This document shows positions 57,475 to 64,000 of a stretch of DNA of 64,000 nucleotides, in pieces (positions within the stretch are counted from its first letter, which is position 1; every line of letters begins with the position of its first letter). Position numbers and translations under genes: made by a program. A model generated the notes under the pieces. That model did no database searches. It saw only the letters and a list, made by a program, of their open reading frames with translations, and was not told the DNA's origin. Source of the DNA: an uncultured Pelagibacteraceae bacterium (GTDB taxonomy: Bacteria; Pseudomonadota; Alphaproteobacteria; Pelagibacterales; Pelagibacteraceae); the NCBI GenBank assembly GCA_902572225.1, contig CACGFJ010000001.1:4477-68476 (forward strand), read 5' to 3'.

Positions 57475-58809
57475 TTAGTTTTTATTTAGAAATGTTTCAG
57501 AGGAGTCGTCCATTGCTTTTGCCCAAGCTGTATGATGAACAGGAGCTACAGATCCAGTCACTGGAGATGAAAAAGATTTATTTCTATACGTAGATATATC
57601 TTCAACCTTATGATGTTCCCATTCTTTAAAATGTTTTCTGATTAGTTCAAAATCTATTTTTGGATAATCCGACATCTCATGTAATTCTTTTGTGTATTCA
57701 GTCTGAAAATCAATCATCTGATCAGGATTTTCTAGTTTTTCTTCTAAAGCAACCCATTTATTAATATCTTTTTCAATATCCCCTCCACTTGGTATATTTA
57801 TTTTCCCCATTATAACATCTCTTGCGTACCAAGCTTGGCAATCAAACATATTAAATGTATGAAACTGGTCTTGCATTCCTAGATACAAAAGTTTGTGATT
57901 ATCTTGCCAAACAATACCTTTGTATAATTTTGGGGGATAGAGTCTGTTTCTTGTTTTAAGTTTTAAATTTTCTTCCAAGAAAGGAAAATGATGTAGGTAA
58001 CCAGTACATAGTATTATTACATCTGCATCCTGTTCCGTGCCATCTTTAAAAATTGCTTTTTTTCCCTCTAATCTATCTAAATAGAATACTTCCTTCATTC
58101 CTTCAGGCCATTTAAAACCCATAGGATTATGCCTGTAGCCAATTGTTACACTTTTTGCTCCATATTTATTGCATTGAAGTGCAATATCTTCTGCAGAATA
58201 ACTACTTCCTAAAACTATAATATTTTTTCCTCTAAATTCTTCCGCATCTCTAAAGTCATGCGAATGCATTATTCTTCCAGGAAACGAACTCATACCTTTA
58301 TATTCAGGTATAAAAGGGACTGAAAAATGACCAGTTGACACTACAACATAATCAAATTGATCAGTTAAAATTTTATCATTTTCTTTATCTTGATAGCTAA
58401 CTTCAAATTTATCTGATTTAAAAACTGTATTAACTACTCTTGTATTAAATTTAATTTTATTTCTTAAATTTCCTTTACTTACTCTACTAGTGATATAATC
58501 ATAAAGTACTTCTCTAGGTGGGAAAGAAGGAATTGGCTTTCCAAAATGTTCATCAAAAGAATAATCTGCGAATTCAAGACACTCTTTAGGTCCGTTTGAC
58601 CAAAGATATCTATACATGCTATTATGAACTGGATCTCCATATTGGTCAGATCCTGTTCTCCAGCTATAATTCCAAAGACCTCCCCAATCACTTTGTTTTT
58701 CAAAGCAAACTATTTCAGGTATTTTGTCTCCTTTTTTCTCGGCATGTTCAAAAGCCCTAAGTATTGATAACCCGCAGGGTCCAGCACCGATAATAGCGAC
58801 TTTAGTCAT
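57475..58809 (-). CDS. tmm: Trimethylamine monooxygenase (bacterial FMO)
   Basis: GAGPCG, WGGLWNY.WRTG, SMYRYLWSNGPKECLEF, FMO fingerprint FPGRIMHSHDF, GSSYSAED. Confidence 0.92.
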   Translation of the reverse strand: MTKVAIIGAGPCGLSILRAFEHAEKKGDKIPEIVCFEKQSDWGGLWNYSWRTGSDQYGDPVHNSMYRYLWSNGPKECLEFADYSFDEHFGKPIPSFPPREVLYDYITSRVSKGNLRNKIKFNTRVVNTVFKSDKFEVSYQDKENDKILTDQFDYVVVSTGHFSVPFIPEYKGMSSFPGRIMHSHDFRDAEEFRGKNIIVLGSSYSAEDIALQCNKYGAKSVTIGYRHNPMGFKWPEGMKEVFYLDRLEGKKAIFKDGTEQDADVIILCTGYLHHFPFLEENLKLKTRNRLYPPKLYKGIVWQDNHKLLYLGMQDQFHTFNMFDCQAWYARDVIMGKINIPSGGDIEKDINKWVALEEKLENPDQMIDFQTEYTKELHEMSDYPKIDFELIRKHFKEWEHHKVEDISTYRNKSFSSPVTGSVAPVHHTAWAKAMDDSSETFLNKN

Positions 58810-58885
58810 GATAATTTTTCCTCTACAATTAAAATTATAAATATATTGTACTAAGAAAAATAGAAAAATTAAATATAAATTTAAT

Positions 58886-60043
58886 ATGAAAACTAATTGG
58901 AATTATCCTACTACAATTTGGGTTGGAGAGAATAGGATTCAAGATTTAGGCATGGCCTGTAAAAATTTGAAAATTGATAAACCATTATTTGTTACAGATA
59001 AGGATTTAATTAATCTAAAAATGGTCCAAGATATAATTAAAGATTTAAAAAAAACCCATAATCATCTTCAAGTTTTTTCAAATTTTTCAGGTAATCCTGT
59101 GGGTGATAATGTGGAAGAGGGTGTAGGGGAGTTTAAGAAATTAGGTTGTGATGGAGTTATTGCATTTGGTGGTGGCAGTGGTCTTGATGTAGGTAAAGCT
59201 ATTGCTTTTATGTCAGGACAGTCTAGATCAATATGGGATTTTGAAGATATAGGTGATTATTGGAAAAGAGCAGATGAAACTAACATTGCACCTATCATTG
59301 CTGTACCCACTACAGCAGGAACAGGATCAGAAACTGGAAGAGCATCAGCTATAATCAATAAACAAACAGGTATAAAAAAAATTATTTTCCACCCGAAATT
59401 TTTACCTTCAATAGTAATTTTAGATCCTAATTTAACTTTAGATCTTTCTCCAAGATTGACTGCGGCTACAGGTATGGATGCCTTAGCACATAATTTAGAA
59501 GCTTTTTGTGCACCAGGATTTCATCCGATGGCTGATGGAATTGCGATTAAAGGAATGAAGTTAATTAAAAACTCATTAATTAAAGCAGTTAAGAACGGTA
59601 AAGATTTAAATGCTAGAGCAGAGTTATTAGCTTCAGCTAGTATGGGTTCTACCGCTTTTCAAAAAGGGCTTGGAGCCATTCATTCTCTAAGCCATCCTAT
59701 TAATGCTCAATTTAATGTTCATCACGGTTTATCAAATGCAATTTTTATGCCTTATGTATTAACTTTTAATAAAGAAATGATTGAAAAAAGGATAATTTCT
59801 ATATGTGATTATCTCGAACTGGATAAAAGTTTTGATAGTTTTTTACAATGGATTTTAGAACTAAGAAAAGAATTAAATATACCACATAAATTATCAGAAA
59901 TTATTGATGTAAATAAAATAAATTTAGAGCAGTTATCAGTTATGGCATTAGAAGATCCATCAACTTCTACCAATCCAAAGACAATGAGTAAGGATGACAT
60001 GAAAGCACTTTATGAACACAGTATTTCAGGTAAATTATTTTAA
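58886..60043 (+). CDS. Iron-containing alcohol dehydrogenase
   Basis: GGGSGLD, PTTAGTGSE, GMDALAH, HSLSH, HHGLSNA. Confidence 0.92.
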   Translation: MKTNWNYPTTIWVGENRIQDLGMACKNLKIDKPLFVTDKDLINLKMVQDIIKDLKKTHNHLQVFSNFSGNPVGDNVEEGVGEFKKLGCDGVIAFGGGSGLDVGKAIAFMSGQSRSIWDFEDIGDYWKRADETNIAPIIAVPTTAGTGSETGRASAIINKQTGIKKIIFHPKFLPSIVILDPNLTLDLSPRLTAATGMDALAHNLEAFCAPGFHPMADGIAIKGMKLIKNSLIKAVKNGKDLNARAELLASASMGSTAFQKGLGAIHSLSHPINAQFNVHHGLSNAIFMPYVLTFNKEMIEKRIISICDYLELDKSFDSFLQWILELRKELNIPHKLSEIIDVNKINLEQLSVMALEDPSTSTNPKTMSKDDMKALYEHSISGKLF

Positions 60044-60825
60044 TGAAAAGAATTCTTATAGTTGAAGGTAATCTTAGAGAAGAAAATCAAAGCTTTACTG
60101 ATGGTGGAATAAAAACACATACTGAGAGTTTAAAAGATAGTATTAGTTATTTTACAGATCAATTAGAAATTGATGTTGTTAATCCTTCCTCGGATGAAAA
60201 CATTAACGAAGTAGCTAAAGATTTAACTAAATATCACGGAATGATATGGGGCGGTAGTAGTTTAAATATTTACAATGATACTCCAGAAATAAGAAGGCAA
60301 ATAAATTTTATGAGGGAATGTCAAAAGAATATAAAAAATATATTCGCAATATGTTGGGGAATGCAAGTTGCTGTGACCGTTGCTGGTGGTGAAGTAAAGA
60401 AATGCCCTAATGGCGCTCATAGGGGAATAGCTCATGACATAGAAATAAACGAAAACGGTCTTAAACATCCGCTTTATAAAAATAAAAATAAAAAATTTAA
60501 TACCCCTGCATTTAATTTTGATGAAGTTGTAAAATTACCTGAGGGCTCTACATTACTTTCATCAAATCCAATAAATAAAGTCATGGGTGTAAATTTTAAT
60601 GTTGGTTCAACGAATGTATGGGGAATTCAATATCACCCAGAGATAACTTATGCTAAAATGATAAGCTTAATTCATTTTAGGAGAGATCGACTTTTAGAAA
60701 AAAAAGCATTTATTGACCAAATGGAAATAGACTCTCACGTAAAAATTATAGAAGATGAAAATAAAATTTCAAATAAAGATTCAAGAATGAGAGAATTGGA
60801 AAATTGGCTAAATAATTTAAATTAA
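60043..60825 (+). CDS. Class I glutamine amidotransferase-like hydrolase
   Basis: Nucleophile AICWGMQ and QYHPE (Cys-His-Glu triad); coupled to Fe-ADH by TAATG. Confidence 0.85.
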   Translation: MKRILIVEGNLREENQSFTDGGIKTHTESLKDSISYFTDQLEIDVVNPSSDENINEVAKDLTKYHGMIWGGSSLNIYNDTPEIRRQINFMRECQKNIKNIFAICWGMQVAVTVAGGEVKKCPNGAHRGIAHDIEINENGLKHPLYKNKNKKFNTPAFNFDEVVKLPEGSTLLSSNPINKVMGVNFNVGSTNVWGIQYHPEITYAKMISLIHFRRDRLLEKKAFIDQMEIDSHVKIIEDENKISNKDSRMRELENWLNNLN

Positions 60826-62501
60826 AACAAGCCTTCTATTTCACCTTTTTCATTAAGTTTAATAGAGTCTGCTGCAGGAACTCGAGGAAGTCCTGGCATT
60901 GTCATGATGGCTCCGCATATAACAACAATAAATTCTGCACCTGAAGATAATCTTACTTCTCTAATTGGTAATGAATGGCCTGTAGGAGCACCTTTTGCGT
61001 TTGGATCAGTAGAAAAACTATATTGTGTTTTAGCTACGCATATAGGTAAATTTCCATAACCCGCTTCTTCAAAAGATTTTAATTGATCTTTAATTTTACT
61101 GTCAGCAACAACTTCGTTTGCTCGATATATTTCTTTTGCAACAGTTTCAACTTTTTTTAGTAAAGGTGTTTTTTCATCATATAAAAATTTAAAATTTGCT
61201 TGTTTTTGATCAATTAAATCTACAATATGTGATGCAAGTTCTTTTGTTCCTTCACCACCATTTGACCAATGAGTGCATAAAGTGGCTTTAACTCCCATAT
61301 TATCACAAGCATTTATTAACTCTTTTACCTCATTATCAGTATCAGCAACAAAATGATTAACAGCAACTGCTACCGGTAAACCAAATTTTTTTACGTTTTC
61401 AATGTGTCTTTCTAAATTTACTAAACCTTTTTTTAATGCAATTACATTTTCATTTTTTAAATCATCTTTAGCTACACCACCGTGCATTTTTAATGCTCTA
61501 ATTGTTGCAACAATAACTACACACTCAGGTTTTAAATTTGATTTTCTACATTTAATATCTAAAAATTTTTCTGCTCCTAGGTCTGCTCCAAATCCAGCTT
61601 CAGTTACAACATAATCAGCTAGTTTTAAACCTGCTTTAGTTGCTATTACAGAGTTACAACCGTGTGCAATGTTTGCAAAAGGACCACCATGAATAATGGC
61701 AGGATTATTTTCTAACGTTTGAGTTACATTAGGCCTGATTGCTTCCTTTAACAAAACAGTCATTGGTCCGTGAGCATTTAAATCTTTTGCAAAAATAGGC
61801 TTTCTATCTCTAGTATAAGCAACTGTAATATTACCTATTCTCTTTTCCAAATCTTCAAGATCATTTGCTAAACAAAAGATAGCCATTATCTCAGATGCTA
61901 CTGTAATATCAAAACCATCTTCTCTTGGAAAACCATTAGCTACTCCACCTAAATTAATATTGATAGATCTTAAAGATCTATCATTCATATCCATAACTCT
62001 TCTCCAAACTACTCTTCTTACATCTATGTTTAATTTATTTCCCCAATAAATATGATTATCAATTAATGCTGACAATAAATTGTGAGCAGATGTAATTGCA
62101 TGGAAGTCTCCTGTAAAATGTAAATTGATTTGTTCCATTGGAACAACTTGAGCATATCCGCCGCCGGCTGCTCCACCTTTCATTCCAAATGAAGGACCTA
62201 AACTAGGTTCACGTAAACACACTATAGAATTTTTACCGATTTTATTTAATCCATCATTTAAACCAACTGACGTAGTTGTCTTTCCCTCACCAGCAGGAGT
62301 TGGTGTAATAGCAGTTACTAAAATTAATTTTCCATTTTGTTTGTCTTTCAAACTATCTAAATATTCTAAGTTTATTTTTGCAATATGACGTCCCATAGGG
62401 CTAAAAGCACTTGGTTCGTCTGGAACATTAATTTTACCCAAAATCTCATTTATGGGTTTCATGTTTGCTTCTCGTGCAATTTGGATATCTGATTTTGACA
62501 T
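60822..62501 (-). CDS. fhs: Formate-tetrahydrofolate ligase
   Basis: [45 protein letters not shown]. Confidence 0.97.
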   Translation of the reverse strand: MSKSDIQIAREANMKPINEILGKINVPDEPSAFSPMGRHIAKINLEYLDSLKDKQNGKLILVTAITPTPAGEGKTTTSVGLNDGLNKIGKNSIVCLREPSLGPSFGMKGGAAGGGYAQVVPMEQINLHFTGDFHAITSAHNLLSALIDNHIYWGNKLNIDVRRVVWRRVMDMNDRSLRSININLGGVANGFPREDGFDITVASEIMAIFCLANDLEDLEKRIGNITVAYTRDRKPIFAKDLNAHGPMTVLLKEAIRPNVTQTLENNPAIIHGGPFANIAHGCNSVIATKAGLKLADYVVTEAGFGADLGAEKFLDIKCRKSNLKPECVVIVATIRALKMHGGVAKDDLKNENVIALKKGLVNLERHIENVKKFGLPVAVAVNHFVADTDNEVKELINACDNMGVKATLCTHWSNGGEGTKELASHIVDLIDQKQANFKFLYDEKTPLLKKVETVAKEIYRANEVVADSKIKDQLKSFEEAGYGNLPICVAKTQYSFSTDPNAKGAPTGHSLPIREVRLSSGAEFIVVICGAIMTMPGLPRVPAADSIKLNEKGEIEGLF

Positions 62502-62622
62502 AAATTTAATTACTTATTAATGAGCAGAATTACTATCCTTTTTTGTCACGTATTTAAACATCTAAAAAATATATATAAAAAAAATTAGCAAAAACTTATG
62601 TTTAATTTTATAAAACTTACGG

Positions 62623-63879
62623 ATGCAGAAATATTCAGTATTTAGTCTGATCAAAAACGCTTTCTCCAATCACCAAAATTGGGAAGTTGCTTGGAAAGAT
62701 CCAACTCCAAAAAGTGAATATGATGTAGTCATTATTGGAGGCGGAGGACACGGTCTTGCTACTGCATATTATTTAGCAAAAGAACATAATATTAGAAATG
62801 TAGCTATCATTGAAAAAGGCTGGATTGGTGGTGGAAATGTTGGTCGAAATACAACGATCATAAGATCAAATTTTATGTACGATGCTAATGCAAGATTTAA
62901 TGAATTTGGAATGGATTTATGGAGAAACTTAAGTCAAGAACTGAACTTTAATGTGATGTTTTCTCCAAGGGGAATAATAAACTTAGCCCACTCAGATGCT
63001 CAAATGAACGCATATGCTCGTAGAGGAAATTCTATGAGATTAAACGGAATAGATGCAAAATTATTGGATAGAGACGAAGTTAAAAAATTAATTCCAATGG
63101 CCGACTTTAGTGATGAAGTACGTTTCCCAATTTTTGGAGGCTTAATGCAACCAAGCGCTGGTACTGCAAGACACGACGCTGTTGCTTGGGGTTATGCACG
63201 TCAAGCAGATGATATGGGAGTAGATATTATACAACATTGTGAGGTCACTGGTTTTGATGTTGTTAATGGAAAGATAAAAGGAATTAGAACTTCAAGAGGA
63301 GATATTAAAGCAAAAAAAGTTGGATTATGTGTTGCAGGTAGCACAAATATATTAGCTGAAAAATTAAATATGACACTGCCGATAGAAACTCATGTACTGC
63401 AAGCTTGTGTTTCTGAGCCTGTAAAACCATTATTAGACGGAGTAGTAACTTTTGGTGCAGGCCACTTTTATATAAGTCAATCAGATAAAGGTGAGATGGT
63501 AATGGGTGGTGATCTTGATGGATATAATAGTTATGCTCAAAGAGGCAACTTGCCAACCATACAACATGTATTGACAGGTGGCTTAGCTTTGTTTCCATTT
63601 TTAAGTAGATTAAAAATGTTAAGGACATGGGGTGGGATCATGGATATGTCTATGGATGGTTCACCAATAATTGATAAAACTCATATTGAAGGTTTATATT
63701 TAAATTGCGGATGGTGTTATGGAGGTTTTAAATCAACTCCTGTCTCAGGTTGGACATTTGCTTACACAATTGCGCAAGATCAAGTTCATGAATTAAATTC
63801 AGATTTAAGATTAAATAGATTTTCTACAGGCCATCTTTTAGATGAAAAAGGTTTAGGAACTAAAACCTGGATTGGTTAA
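62623..63879 (+). CDS. soxB: Heterotetrameric sarcosine oxidase beta subunit / N-methylglutamate dehydrogenase subunit A
   Basis: GGGGHGLATAYYLAKEH, GRNTTIIRSN, TARHDAVAWGYAR, NCGWCYGGFK; followed by a soxD-like gene. Confidence 0.88.
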   Translation: MQKYSVFSLIKNAFSNHQNWEVAWKDPTPKSEYDVVIIGGGGHGLATAYYLAKEHNIRNVAIIEKGWIGGGNVGRNTTIIRSNFMYDANARFNEFGMDLWRNLSQELNFNVMFSPRGIINLAHSDAQMNAYARRGNSMRLNGIDAKLLDRDEVKKLIPMADFSDEVRFPIFGGLMQPSAGTARHDAVAWGYARQADDMGVDIIQHCEVTGFDVVNGKIKGIRTSRGDIKAKKVGLCVAGSTNILAEKLNMTLPIETHVLQACVSEPVKPLLDGVVTFGAGHFYISQSDKGEMVMGGDLDGYNSYAQRGNLPTIQHVLTGGLALFPFLSRLKMLRTWGGIMDMSMDGSPIIDKTHIEGLYLNCGWCYGGFKSTPVSGWTFAYTIAQDQVHELNSDLRLNRFSTGHLLDEKGLGTKTWIG

Positions 63880-63882
63880 AAA

Positions 63883-64000
63883 ATGTTATACATCAAATGT
63901 CCTTATTGCGGTTTAAGAGCACAAAAAGAATTTTCATATGGAGGTGATGCAACTGTAAAAAGACCTAATATAAATGAAGAAGTATCAAGCGAGGATTGGG
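63883..64000 (+). CDS. soxD: Sarcosine oxidase delta / MgdB subunit, 5' part; runs off the window edge
   Basis: MLYIKCPYCGLRAQKEFSYGGDA..KRP, the CPxCG zinc motif of SoxD. Not in the ORF track. Confidence 0.85.
   Translation, partial: MLYIKCPYCGLRAQKEFSYGGDATVKRPNINEEVSSEDW

Noticed and set aside
402-63628. Many 60-115 aa ORFs in the track that lie antisense to or inside longer genes (e.g. 633-947, 47694-48008, 48738-49082, 50364-50705, 63305-63628)
   Set aside because: They are fully overlapped by well-supported genes and show no recognisable motifs; typical shadow ORFs.
1-64000. CRISPR arrays, rRNA/tRNA genes, IS elements, prophage, glycine/SAM-V/TPP riboswitches
   Set aside because: Intergenic spacers are at most about 140 nt and AT-rich, with no repeat-spacer pattern or structured-RNA consensus visible by eye. 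A covariance-model scan would be needed to exclude small RNAs.

Overview
AT-rich (roughly 30% GC by eye), very gene-dense alphaproteobacterial DNA with tiny intergenic spacers. Gene content and style point to a SAR11 / 'Ca. Pelagibacter'-like marine genome (inference). Left to right: (1) 89-11977, a catabolic block with a DmdA-type DMSP demethylase, a transthyretin-like protein, a ThDP enzyme, an FMN 2-hydroxy-acid oxidase, peptidase E and a second GcvT-family demethylase, divergent from a family-5 ABC importer and flanked by thiolase and FadN genes; (2) 12-28 kb, mostly housekeeping genes (fadN, cyclophilin, ureohydrolase, ALDH, argE, csaA, LysE, acnA, YfgM/BamB-like, zapE, yjbQ, photolyase); (3) 28-64 kb, a large methylated-amine/C1 cluster containing gmaS-mgsABC, an atypical Amt channel, a second divergent GS/mgsABC-like cassette with an orphan flavoprotein, tdm, tmoXWV, tmm, Fe-ADH, a class I amidotransferase, fhs and soxB/soxD-type (mgdAB) genes, interrupted by a sugar-ABC + GH63 hydrolase + GpsA-like module. 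Best candidates for undescribed biology, all hypotheses: the second glutamylation cassette as the missing dimethylamine route, the DmdA-linked block as a pathway for a DMSP-related compound, and the GH63 module as a glucosylglycerate/mannosylglycerate scavenging system. I saw no rRNA, tRNA, CRISPR array or mobile element. All family calls are by eye from motifs; no database searches were run.
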